Shown: positions 1 to 13,200 of the stretch, in pieces
Position numbering within the stretch: position 1 is the stretch's first letter
Layout of the letters: the number at the start of each line of letters is the position of its first letter
Position numbers and translations under genes: made by a program
The notes under the pieces: model-generated
Told to the model about the DNA's origin: nothing
Seen by the model: only the letters and a program-made list of their open reading frames with translations
Databases searched by the model: none
NCBI RefSeq assembly: GCF_009914755.1
Contig: NC_060930.1
Reading direction: 5' to 3' (one strand)
Length of the DNA: 64,000 nucleotides
DNA from: the human T2T-CHM13v2.0 reference genome, Homo sapiens

Positions 1-312
1 TTTTAATTATCATCTCAAAGGTTTTAAAAGAATTATATGCTTCCTTTACATTGCATTATCTGATTCTATCCAGTGATAATGTCCTATATAGTTATCTCTC
101 TAAATTGAAGGTGACTGAATGGGATGATTTTCTTTTTTGTAGTGGCTCCTAGACTCCTCCCTTAAGTCCTGGCATGCAAGTCCTCAATCATAACTGATAC
201 CAATTATTTCAGGGTATTCTCTGTGGCAGTACAGATTTCCTCCTCTTCCCTACTTTTATTATAAACAGTTTATACAACACCTAAAAAGCCCTTCTGAAAT
301 AATGTGATATGA

Positions 313-618
<306 letters not shown>

Positions 619-622
<4 letters not shown>

Positions 623-1356
623 AGCTAAAGGATTGTAAATACACCAATCAGCACCCTGTCTATCTCAAGGTTTGTAAAGGCACCAATCAGTGCTCTGTGT
701 CTAATCTGGTGAGGACTTGGAGAACTTTTGTCTAGCTAGAGGATTGTAAATGCACCAATTAGCACCCTGTCAAAACGGACCAATCAGCGCTCTGTAAAAT
801 GGACCAATCAGCTCTCTGTAAAATGGACCAACCAGCTCTCTGTAAAATGGGCCAATCAGCAGGATGTGGGTGGGGTCAGATAAGGGAATAAAAGCAGGCT
901 GCAGCACCAGCCGCGGCAATCAGGTTGCGTCTCCTTCCACGTTGTAGGAGCTTTGTTTATTTGCTCTTTGCAATAAATCTTGTTGCTTCTCGCTCATTGG
1001 GTCTGTACTGCCTTTATGAGCTGTAACACTCACCACAAAGGTCTGCAGCTTCACTCTTGAGGTCAGCGAGACCACGAACTCACTGGGAGGAGTGAACAAC
1101 TCTGGACTGGAGGAATGAACAACTCCAGAGGCACTGCCTTAAAAGCTGTAACACTCACCGCAAAGGTCTGCACCTTCACTCCTGAAGCCAGCGAGACCAC
1201 GAACCCACCAGAAGGAAGAAACTCTGAACATGTTTGAACATGAGAAGGAACAAACGCCGGACACGTCACCTTTATAGAACTGTAACACTCACCGCCAGGG
1301 TCTGCGGCTTCATTCTTGAAGTCGGTGAGACAAAGAACCCACCAATTCTGGACACA
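619..1356 (+). mobile_element. LTR12 (ERV9) LTR, 5' part of U3 missing
   Basis: Repeated ccaatcagc U3 units, gataagggaataaaagcaggctg promoter, three ctgtaacactcacc...ggtctgc U5 repeats, terminal accaattctggacaca. Confidence 0.92.
644..893 (+). promoter_or_regulatory. LTR12 U3 promoter motifs: six CCAAT boxes, a GATA site and a TATA-like AATAAAA
   Basis: CCAAT at 644, 683, 755, 780, 804 and 852; GATA at 879; AATAAAA at 887. Activity is not shown by the sequence. Confidence 0.65.
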
Positions 1357-1714
1357 GAAATACTGAGGCAAGATAGTTACAACTATATGTATCTCATCAA
1401 TTTAATTAAAATTGGAATTAATAAGGCTTGAACTTAATAATTTAAGGGTACTTCCAAGGTTGCTGTCCTGTCAATGGATATTTGTTTGATGGTGTGAACA
1501 AGAAAGCAGAATTAAGAGATATTTTAAAAAATGATTTGACTAGAATTCAGAGTGCTTTGTTTGGCACTAAATGTGACACCTGAGCTCCTTCTCTCTCTTG
1601 CGAATGAGATCATGGCTTTGGTTTCCATGATTTCCAAGGTTCATTTATTTTTTAAATCGACTTACTTTTAGATTCAATATAGGCTTTAACATATACTCTT
1701 TCACTTCCTTAGTA

Positions 1715-2200
1715 GGTACTTTATGAGCACTTCGTTCATGTAAGGCACAGTGCCAGGCACGGGGATGTGTCAGGAGAGTGAAGAGCTCCTTTGCTCATGG
1801 GCTCAGGGTTTGGGGGAGACAAACATTACATAATTACACAAATAAATAGAAACTGTGATAAGCGCTGCAAAGACATCATGGAGGGTGTCAGGAGATAAAA
1901 TAATAGATTGACCTAAATTGGATTGAGAGTGAGAACATGTCTCTCAGAGAGTAAGAGCTTTAGGCTGAAACCCGGGGAGTGAGAAAAAATTAGTTGAAAA
2001 ATAAAGCATAAGTTAGTATTTCAGGCAGAGGAAAAAGTTAACAGAAAACCCCTGAGACATGAAATCACCCAGAGTTTAGGACATGGTCTGAGATGAGGTT
2101 GGAGACAGTGGGCAGAAACTACATCATGGGAAGCCTGAGGTCAGAGTAGGGGCTTTTATCCTAGATACAACGAAAATCTGGCAGTGAAAGAGATAGAGAA
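1715..2200 (-). mobile_element. Old L2 fragment(s)
   Basis: Degenerate L2-like words (tttatgagcact...aggcacagtgccaggcac; tgagatgaggttggaga). Boundaries are approximate. Confidence 0.5.
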
Positions 2201-2842
2201 AAACAGGTAGGTGTGGGGAGGAGTTGTGCGCAATACACAAAACATAAGATGCTGAATGGGTGAGAGGTTTGGCTTTCTTCATTTTTGTGTTTTGTAAAAA
2301 TTTGGCCTTTTTGGAAAGGTCAGATTCTTGGGAGATAATTTCAGACAACAGTACATGTGGAATTTGAGCATCTTGAAAATGTTTTTTAAAAGGCTTCCTA
2401 TACCTCCTAGAAGTACTCATACATCAATTTGAAGATCACTGATATAAAACCCAGTACCTAATCTTAGGAAGTTGGTAATATAGGTAGAGAGATAAGTCAC
2501 AAGCATATGAAAAGTTAATCATAAAATATTTAAATAACAGTTCAATACAATAATAAACTATAATAAGCAAAGTGTATGAAATTGCCATGTTTAATTGCTT
2601 AATTAATTGTGCAGAAAATGATTGGTCAGAGGTCCCCAGTGGTCAGGGCATTTTTTGGGGATCTTATAAAACTGGGAGAATTTGAATGGTCTGAAGGAAG
2701 GATTTGTGATATTTCAAGACTAACAGTAATATTTATTGAGGGAGAAAATTGAAAGATGTTTTTGAGTGCCTACAATTTGGTGAAATGATTAGAAGATAGT
2801 TTGATTACAAAGAGTATGGAATGCGACCTTCTCCAGGTTAAT

Positions 2843-3229
2843 TTTTTTAATTAAAAATTTTAAATAATATTAATTGAACATATTATGTATTTATGGGGTA
2901 CAATGTGATGTTTTAACATATGTTTACATTTGTGGAATGATTAAGTCAAACTAATTGACGAAAATCTATCACCACACATACTTGTTTCTTTGTGGTGAAA
3001 ACATTTAAAATCCTTTTAGTAGTTTTGAAATAGACAGTATATATTTATCACATGCTCAGTAAAATGGCGAGGCACCGAAGGACAAATGCTGCATGATCTC
3101 ACTTGTATGTAGATTCTTAAAGTGTTGAACTCATGGAAGTAGAGTACAATGGTGGCTACCAGAAGCCAGGAGTAGGGGATTGGATACAGAAAGGGGAGAT
3201 ATTGATCAAAGATACAAAATTTCAGTTAG
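2843..3229. mobile_element. Old L1MA-type 3' end in two opposite-orientation pieces (minus ~2843-3045, plus ~3050-3229)
   Basis: Antisense tatttatggggtacaatgtgatgtttt, then sense gacaaatgctgcatgatctcactt...caaaatttcagttag. Confidence 0.7.
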
Positions 3230-4573
3230 CCTTCAGAAATTGTACTACACTTTGTGGGTCCTGGGTATCCACTGTAGACTTTGGAGTAGGGAAATACTAG
3301 GATAAAATTGACATGTTAAACGTATCCAGGGAAAACCTGACAAAGGGATTTGAAAGAGGAAATGGTCAAATTTAGAGGCTTAGAGTCAAAATCCTAGACT
3401 AAGGCAATAAATAGCTTATGTAATGGATATGAAAATGGAAAGAAGGAAGGAATATTTTTGAAACGTCCAGTGAAAATAAAACAACACAAAACAAAAAGAC
3501 AAGATTGGGTAATTATTTGGATATAGACCCTCAAGGAAAAGTGAAGAGTCCTAGAAAACAATTTTGTGCCCTATAAACGTTAGGAATGGTTTTTGTGATT
3601 ATTTAATCAATTTGCTTGTTACAGTAATAGTAGTGTTAGCAGTGGAAATCTCAGAACCAGGAGCTGAAAGTACCTGTATCTCCACTGTTGTCAAATTCTG
3701 GTATTTAGACTTGCTTGTACTTGCAAGCTGGTGTTTACCTTGCTGGACATTATTTAGTCACTCTCATTAACCAATATTTTACCTAAAGTACAGTACTCAT
3801 TACCAAACCTAAAGTATAGTACTCATTACTTAGTGACCAAACTTCTTTAATGTAATTCTTCATATGTCTCTCTTCTAACAGGAGCAACTTGGGCAATAGT
3901 GACCCCCATTAATGCTGTAACTTTTCTCTATCCAGAAAGTAAAAGTAGAAAATTAGCAGAAATATGGACTGTCTCACATATACTTCTTCTTTTTATTCAC
4001 TAACAGCTTTCCAATATCATAGATACACCTAAGCACAGTTCATTCCCAAACAATGAAGTATAATACATAACCTCCAACCAGAATATTGTCTTGTTTACTT
4101 TTTAGGCAATGTTTCAAAGTGCTGTTTAAATACATATTTTAGCAAAATGAACCCAGATTCAGAAAACTAAAGAGCAAAAATAATTAGATTAAGAAATCAT
4201 CCTTAACCGTAACATTCAAATAGAACCATTGTTCATGTTTTACCACATATCCTCTCAGCTTATTTTCTCTGTGTATACATAAAATATCACTTTTGTTATG
4301 GAAATGAGATTTTATGTCTAAAAATATAATCGCTTTATATGTACTGTTCTGTGACCTGCTTTTTCAATTCATTATTTCTGTGAATGTCTCCTGAATTAAT
4401 AATTGTAGAATAACATCATCCCTATAACTTCAATGAAAGTTCTAGTAACCTTCTGGTTTTGTAAGTCTGGGTGGTTTGCAATATTTTATATTATAAATAC
4501 AATTATCTAATAATATTTGCATACTCACCTAAAAAGATATAGGAATATTTTATAACTCTGTTGTAAATATATA

Positions 4574-4604
<31 letters not shown>

Positions 4605-6048
4605 GTGGGTATTAACGCAATTCTTTATCACCTTAGAGTAAGTTTCTAAAAGCGATATTGTTAGTTCAAAGTTGTGCAGCTTTAAGATTTAAAAATATTT
4701 TCAAATTGCCTTATATAGTTCCATTTTTTCTCCCCCCAACAGGATATGTAAACACCCATCCCCTCACTCTTTCAACAATAGAAAAAATGGGCTTAACCAT
4801 TGATACGTATCCTTGCAGTCTATTAGCTAGTACATGATATCTTTTGAGTTTTGGCTTGCATTTGAGGGGGAATTACTTGTAGGTAAACATTATTTTATGT
4901 GTATTGGTTTTTTATGTTTTTACTTTTTGAACTGCCTGTTCACATTCTTGGCACATTTTCCACCAGAGAGGTCAAACTAATTTCTTAAGTACTATTTTCC
5001 GGTTAGCAGACAACATAACGAGTTTCAACAGCTTATTAAAATAGTGGAGTTTCTTACATCTGCTATTATAATGGAAAAAAATTTCTGTGCCATGATAAAA
5101 AATCAAGATGCTAAATATCTAGTGTTGTCTAACTTTAATATTTCCAATTTGACTTAACTCTTTGTTTAATATCTGTTTTACTTAAAATGAGTGATAACAT
5201 TTATCAACATTGTCTTATGTAATTTATTTTTTTATGAGGATTATATTTTTAAAAACACCTAAAATATATTAAAGGGAAGTGTATACAACAAAATATTTCT
5301 TGTGAAAGCCAAAAGTTAAGTGGCTGCCCTATATTGCCACTAAAGGTGAACCTTATTTTCAACTGTATCAGATATGTGGCACAATGTGGAAAATTTCCAA
5401 GTTCGTTATGAACAATCATAAAACCCAAAATCCCCACTCACACACTTGATGGCTGACAAGAGCTGAGTTTTCACCCTTCTCATATTGGTGCTCCTTTCCA
5501 AGTATTGTGCTTACTGCCAAAGTAATGCTTTTTCATTTTAGTACAAAATCTTAGTTACTTAAAGAGTATAAAAACCTATTCCTCTCATAGCTAGAGGCTT
5601 ATGTGAAAAGTAAAGGATGAGGGACAATTTGAGATTGACAATGGGAGATCAGATTGCAGTGGAGCTCATGGAACAATCAAGTTAGAGTCCTCAAGAGAGG
5701 GTAGGAAGAAAATGTTTATGCACAGCACTGATAATCACCATTCCCAAATGTCTACAGAAGATCCATGACAACAGTGACTTATTAATGCAGTTCAATAAAT
5801 GTTTTCTTATATTTATAATAAGAGATACGGTAATAGCATTAAATAATTTGTTTCGTAATGGACGGTTGAATTCATTCTTGTATTTTTCCCATATAATTGT
5901 GGAAGAGAGAGACATCACAAGTGTCTGTGCATTTGATCATATAGACTTGAATTGTCCTATAGGATAAAATTGATATTGTGGTCACATTCATTTATTCAAT
6001 TTATGTTTATTTATCACCAGCATTTTCAGTTCCTTTTTTGGGTAATAG

Positions 6049-6050
<2 letters not shown>

Positions 6051-6087
<37 letters not shown>
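6051..6087 (+). repeat. (AC)n microsatellite, ~18 units
   Basis: Direct reading. Confidence 0.97.
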
Positions 6088-6089
<2 letters not shown>

Positions 6090-6998
6090 AAAAAAACTCC
6101 TGCCCTCCAGCTACCTTCTAATGAAAGAGATTGGTAACAAATATATAATTATGGAATATAATGAGAGATAATAAATGCAATGAATAAAAATTATGGCACA
6201 ATAAGGAGATAGGGAAATGGAGGCTTATTATATAGGGTGGTCATTGAAGAAGACTATGAGGAAATGACATTTAAGTATGGTCCTGGGGGACCTATGCAGC
6301 AATCTAGAGTTAAGAGTATTAAAGGCAGAGGGAAAGACAAATGGGGTGGTCCTGAGACAGGAATGTGCTTGGTCCTCAGCATGTTCAAGGGTTATTTAGA
6401 AACTTATGTCACTTCTTTACTTTTCTATTTTGATTTTTTTCAAAGTTAACACTCAAATCCATTAATTGACTCAGATGGCTAGAAAGTGGGAAACATAAAA
6501 GTTATGTTCACTGATGTATTTGCTTTCAGACATACTTGTGTTTTGTCATGTTAGAAAGTACTTAAAGACAAAGGCTGTAAGAGGTGGATGTCAGAGGAAA
6601 GACAGGATCAATCAAGATAGGTAGAATAGTGACACAAAAGTATAAATTGTTTTTGTAGAAATTTTAAGAATAACATTTCAGTGGTGTTACTAATAATTTG
6701 TAACAATGACTAAACAAATTCACATTGGTTTACGTCTCCAAATATTGAAATTCAGACTTCATTTAATTCAGCATTTTGTTTGCCATGATTGAAGTTATGA
6801 CTGAAAAAAACAAGGTAGCATCTTAGAACAATATTGCTTCCAAAAGTTGTGTCCACATTTGGTTCCTGAATTTTGTTGATGGCTGATCAACCTGAGACTA
6901 TGAGCTTGTACAGTGGCACCTAATGAAATTGGTAATATGTCCACATTTTAGATTATATTTCATTTGTTGCTCCAGTCTGACATTAAAATAAATATTCC

Positions 6999-7311
6999 TT
7001 TTTTTTCTTTTCTCTTTTATTTTTTTTTTTGAGACGGCTTCTCGCTCTGTCCCCCGGGCTGGAGTGCAGTGGTGCAATCTCAGCTCACTGCAAGCTCCGC
7101 CTCCTGGGTTCACACCATTCTCCTGTGTCAGCCTCCTGAGTACCTGGGACTACAGGTGTCCGCCACCACGCCTGGCTAATTTTTTGTATTTTTAGTAGAG
7201 ATGGGGTTTCACTGTGTTAGCCAGGATATTCTCGATCTCCTGACCTCGTGATCCACCTGCCTCGGCCTCCCAAAGTGCTGGGATTACAGGCGTGAGCCAC
7301 CATGCCTGGCC
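6999..7311 (-). mobile_element. Full-length AluY
   Basis: T-rich tail and a full antisense dimer with Y diagnostics (ctcgtgatcc, gcaagctccgcc). Flanking taaatattc occurs on both sides as a TSD. Confidence 0.93.
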
Positions 7312-8473
7312 TAAGTAAATATTCTTAAACGAGCAATAGTGACCACAGAGAATGGGTTTGTTGATAACATTTGCAAGATTAACCAAAAATTGTGAAGTAC
7401 AACTTTCATATTCCTTTGTAACTACATATATATTTTACATATATCATTATATAGGTATATAAAAAGTAGTGAGTACTGTTGTAAAACTCTATACATGGCC
7501 AACAATTAATTTTGAATTTCAAAATATTTCAAATGATTTCTCAAAAGTATATGCAAATAACAAAATGTCAATATTTTCTGTACATTGTATGATTACCCGA
7601 TGAAGGTATTTTCTACTTGAAATACCTTTTAATAAAGTACCAAGAAAACCACAAAGCACTTAATGCATCAAAGATGTTATCTTATCTGTTCTTCACTTTG
7701 AAAGCCATACTTCATCTTGAGCTAAAGAATTTGAGAATTGAAATCTTGGCAGAGGTTAACTTACAGGTAAGTACAATCACTTGAGAATTTTACTCATGAT
7801 GTTCAATTTAAATCCTTCAAATACTGTTGCCCTAACAAAATAGAACATTTTATGCTTCTTTCCACAGGTAAGAGCAATCCATCTGAGGGACTACAACGTG
7901 ACTGAAGACCTCTGTCCCAAACTTTTTTAAAGGAACTTTGTTATACCACAGTTTAGCAATCTTTAGAAAGATGTTACACTTATTTTGATATCCAGATAAA
8001 TCAAGAGAGAGTATTTCCTTATAGCTGCAATGAAATCTGTAATGAATTTGTGGTTATTTGTTTATTTTACTTAATTAAACACATATGCCAATTGTTGCAA
8101 GGGATATAAATTTGTGTACACTATTCTTGATCTTAGAGGTTAACAGGTACAAGACATTAATAAAATCTGTGATGCAGGGTGGATAGTTGTAAACTCAAAA
8201 AACAAATACATAAAAGGAAGAGGCAGAGAGAGAGATTTTTAAAAATGCACTAAGAATTAATGAAAGAAAATGCCTAGTATTGAATCTCAAAGATGACCTC
8301 ATAGAACAAGTAGCATCATAAATGCCATAAATGGATCTTAAAGGAGAGTTATGACAATCATAGAGGGAGGTGGAAAGTTTAGCAGGCGAAAGAAAGATAG
8401 TATAAGCTAACTTGAGGATGGAAATGCATGGGGCAGCTTTTTGGAATAGCAAATGAACTAAATGTAGGAATAG

Positions 8474-8831
8474 TGTATTAGTCTGTTTTCATGCTGTTGA
8501 TAAGGACTTACCTGAGACTGGGAAGAAAAAGAAGTTTAGTGGACTTACAGTTCCACATGTCTTGGGAGGCCTCATAATTGTGGCGGAGGACAAGGAGGAG
8601 CAAGTCATGTCTTACATGGATGGCAGCAGGCAAAGAGAGAATTTGTGCAGGGAAACTCCTGTTTTTAAAATTATCAGATCTTGTGAGACTTACTCACTAT
8701 TACAAGAACAGCACGGGAAAGACCAGTCTCCATGATTCAGTTATCTCTCACTAGGTCCCTCCCGCAACACGTGGGAATTATGGGAGCTACGAGATGAGGT
8801 TTGGGTGGGGACACAGAGCCAAACCATATCA
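8474..8831 (-). mobile_element. THE1 (MaLR) solo LTR, 358 bp
   Basis: tgtattagtc ... ggggacacagagccaaaccatatca termini, with a perfect 5-bp TSD AATAG at 8469-8473 and 8832-8836. Confidence 0.93.
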
Positions 8832-9449
8832 AATAGGGAACAGTAAAATTAGAAATCCAACATTATTTTATCATAATACTGGGAAAGCAGTATGTATATT
8901 TGAGGACCTTGATTTAAACTTAAGACTAATGTAACAATGCTGGTCTGGAATGAATTTTATTAAGGAAATTATAAGAAAAGGCTAGACAAGAATTAACTAG
9001 GTAAATTTAAAAATGAAAAGTATGTGAGACATTATGATGGTAGATTATGTATGATCAAACAACTTAATGAATGTCTGAGTCAGAAGGAAGGAGTCAGATG
9101 ACTTCAAGCTGGTGACTAAGAGACTAGTAGTGCCATTAATGAAAATAGAGGGTTCAGGTTTAGTTAATACTCATGAGGAAAACAAAACACTTATGAGTGT
9201 CTTGAATTTAACCCACCTTCATAATAGCTCTATGAAGTTGTTCAACTGGCTCCTGAAAAGCTGTGTCTGGAGTGGAGGAAGAGGAGAGGGAGATGCTGAA
9301 GGGAAAGGAATTAGAGAAGTGGTCATAGAATAGTCAGGAAAGTGAGGAATGAAGATGACAGAGCCAAGATCAATCTTCCAGCTGGTAGTTACTGCAGAAG
9401 GGTGGAGGAGCCGAAGAGTGGAGACCAAGAAGATATGGGTGATCTGCTA

Positions 9450-9632
9450 GAGCAGCACTGTTCAGGAATATGTCCCTGCACTGATGAAAATGTTCTGTCC
9501 ATACTGTCCAGTCTGGTTTCCAGCAATCACATGTGACTATTGAGGAACTATATTTTTTATTTTATGGAATTTTAGTTAGTTTAAATTTAAATACCCTCCT
9601 GCAGCTAGTGGCTACAGAATTGATAAATGCAG
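9450..9632. mobile_element. MER3-like hAT DNA transposon remnant
   Basis: cagcactgt...tgatgaaaatgttctgt...cacatgtgactattgag...ctagtggctac motifs. Confidence 0.6.
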
Positions 9633-9679
9633 CTATAGAGAATTTTAAAACACCTTTGTCTCACTGAAATCAATTTTCC

Positions 9680-10205
9680 ACTCAGCCATCAAGTGTCATC
9701 TCTAAACTATAGTTTGGAACATCTCCTTCTGCTTAAAACTCTCCAGTGGCTTTTCATTGTTGAGGAGTAGGATCCAAACTACTGAAGCATAGCAATAACA
9801 AAGCATCTCCAGCCTCACTCCATCCATCTGAAGCCCTAGCCACAGCAGCCTCTGAGTTTCCCCAACAGGCTGAACCTTTTCCTGGTCAAGGCCTTTGTGT
9901 TCTTGTTCTTGCTTTTCATCTTTCAGGCCTCCAGTTAAGTGTCACTCCTCAGAGAGGTCTTCCTTGAGCCCCTTATGTAAATTAGCCAGCTCATTGCTAT
10001 TAGTCTCCAACTCAACACTCAATTTATTTCCTTTATGGTATAGATCATAATTTCTATTTATTTATTTATTTTCCTTGGCCTCCACCACTGGATTGTAAAC
10101 TCCCTAAGAGCAGGGATCATGTGTGTCTTAACATTTCTCATACCTCTCAGAGGGCCTGGGTTGTGCAATAAATATTGGCTGGGTGTTGATAAATACCAAT
10201 ACGAA
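9680..10205 (+). mobile_element. L2 3' fragment
   Basis: ctgcttaaaactctccagtggctt...attgtaaactccctaagagcaggga...aataaatatt. Boundaries are approximate. Confidence 0.55.
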
Positions 10206-13200
10206 TATGTAACTACTAAGCAGAAGTTTCCATAAGCAAGTTTGTTGTTATCAGTATATTTCGGCAAAAAAACACTCGGAGAAACTTATATAGACAAATT
10301 GGCAAAATATATACCTCAAAAAGTTTATTAAGACAGAAGAAACTGAAATAGTATCAGTTGAAAGATGCAATTTGGATAGTACTTAATGGGGAAGAAAGTT
10401 ACATAATTTTTGTACTTTATAAAGCCTCAAGTAGAGTCCCCAGCCTCTCAAGTTCCACCTGACTTCTATCTACACCAGAGGAATAATTTATTTCTTAGCT
10501 GCTTCTCTAATGCCTGCCTTAGTTTTATTCTTTGGACCTCTATGACCCTTGAAAACATTGGAAAATTTTTGCTCAGGGTATTTTCTGGAATTTCAGTAAC
10601 AATATGAAATTAACATCATTATCATTACTATATAGAAAACAAAATCAAACAAAACTCTCAGATTGGCAGTTTATTAGAGAAAGAGAAAGGATCTGTTATT
10701 GCTTGGAAATGCAGGAAAAATAAAGACTATTACCCAGAAAATAGTTGTTTATTTTCATAGAGTTTGTGAAATAAAGCAGCTGGCCTATCAAATTGCTTTC
10801 ATTACCTAAGTAAGCAGAAAGTGATACTTTTAATAAAATTTTATTTCACTAGGAATGAAATTGATGGTGCAATATTTTTAGGTTTTTAAAATAAAAGACC
10901 TTGTCTGAGACATATCTTTAAAGTTAAATATAAAAAGAATTATATATGAAAGCCAGTATTTTTCCTTAGCATTCAAAATGAGGGTACATACCTACTGATA
11001 AAGAAAAAAAAGAAAGCCTGTCTCCAGGACAACCAACTCTTTTTTTTTTTTTCCTTCAGTGTTATGCTTTCTGTCCCACTGCTATGAATGATTTAAAAAG
11101 AAAAAAGAAACAAAGAGGAGGAAAGAGAAAAAAAGGACAATAGAAAGGAACACACTATAAGTATTATGCTTTTATGAAACAAAGCGAGCATATTTTAACC
11201 TCAAAGGTATCAGTTTAATTAATGCTAACTTATTTCCAAATATAAGTTAAAAATTACATTCCATGTACTTAAGTTTTTTGCCAATATATAGTTTTTGTAA
11301 ATATTAAGGCCCTGGAAAATAACATTGGAATTTATAAACAGATTATAATTCTAACCCTAACTTTATTCAAATACTGTACTTATATACCTTTCTTCCTCAA
11401 ATACTTAATCTGGTATTTAACTTCATCACTCTCAAAGTCAGTTTGAAAAGCATAAAATTTCTTAAATGAGCATAGATGATATATGTATCAATAACATGGT
11501 TTATTTTTAGATGATATATTTTAATAATATAAAGTTAATCTTTAACTATAAAAAGTAATCCTGCTACAGTTTTCTCCAAATGTAGATAATCTTATGAATA
11601 ATACTATGAAATAACATTTATTTCAAAATCCTTTTTTAATTACTTCATCATCACGTAGAATTAAGCATAGTTGTTCCATGACCCATTGCTTGGCACATGG
11701 TATCTATTGAATTTGATAACAATAATACATCCCCATGTAGGAATACATTGCTTCCTGACCAATGCTCCACATTTAGAAAAAGCAAAATGGTGCTTTATTT
11801 TAGCTTCTAAATGATAAGATGGATATAAAATATGGGCATATTGTATGAACTGTGTAAAGTTCTGCTGGTTTAATTGTTGAACTTCCAGAACATCTGTTCT
11901 GCAGAATATTCCTGTTCTATATGAGTTACAAGGTATATGTCAATTTCTTTCTAGACTATGCCTCTTTAGATAGAAGATGTGAGAAAATCAAAAACAGATA
12001 ACTCCAAAATGCTGAAAATTATGGAATGAGCCCTCAAAAGACTGCACTTTGTTCCCTTTATCTGCCTCCCTTGCCCAAAGGAGTATAGTAGAAAGTAGAT
12101 AATTACCTTATGAACTCATGTTATATACACAGGTGGATTGGTTAGTATAGAAAAAAAATTGCATTCATGGCCTGTGAAATTCAGATGAAGTACTTATTTA
12201 GATAACTCCATCAAAACACTAACTCTTTCTGATCTCAGAAATTTAAATGAGTCTAAGGAACATGCGGTGAGCCCAGTAATTTTGGCATAAACATTTCACT
12301 TAAAATCATGAGTTAAGATACAAGCTTGATTTGTTACTTCAAATAACTATTAATCCTCTTGCTATATGAATGAGCTATTTTTTTAAAATTCAGTGTTCAG
12401 TGTTTATAATCAGACAAGATCCCATTATCAGTAGGTAATCCCTAACTAACTGCATGCTTTTGGTTATCAAAAAGCATCATAGTTGAAAAAAAAAGTCTGC
12501 TTTTGTCAAAATCAAAATCTCATAGATAAAAGCAGTTAGTGGAGAAAATTATTAAGTGGTATTAAATATACTTTTTAAACACAATAAATAAAAATTCTAG
12601 AACGTATTCTTTTCTGAAGATGATATTCATTAGTATAATAATCCTTCCCCAGATTTAACTTTCTTTTGCTATCTCCTTCAGTAGTTCAATATTGTACTGG
12701 TTTCATAAGCTGCTGAATCTGCTGAGACTAATTTTTTTTTTTTTTAGTTCAATGCTGTGAAGAGTACACTTCCTGTTGAAGTCTTTGAAACAAGTCACAC
12801 TGACTTGAAATATAATGTATTTAGCACTTGTATTTTTCTTTGCTTTATTTTTGCAAGTCTTGAAAAACATGTATTTAGTGTACAGGATTTTGCAAAATTT
12901 TGTGATGACATCTTTCTAGGACTGGGGTTCTAGCCATACACCAAGAGGGTGGAATTGAACAAATCTGTTTGTGCACTATTTCATAGACTGACCATGTGCT
13001 GTGTAGAACAGTATTTGTCATATGCTCTGATTAAAGAGGAATAAACTCTCTTACATGAAAATATTTCATATCTTGAAACATGAGTATATAAATATAAATA
13101 CCTACAGTCTTGAAACTTGATATTAGTGAGGGATTACTGTATTATACAGTGTGCCAATTGTTCAGATCAATGTTTTCCAATGTTTCCTGATGAGCAAAAT

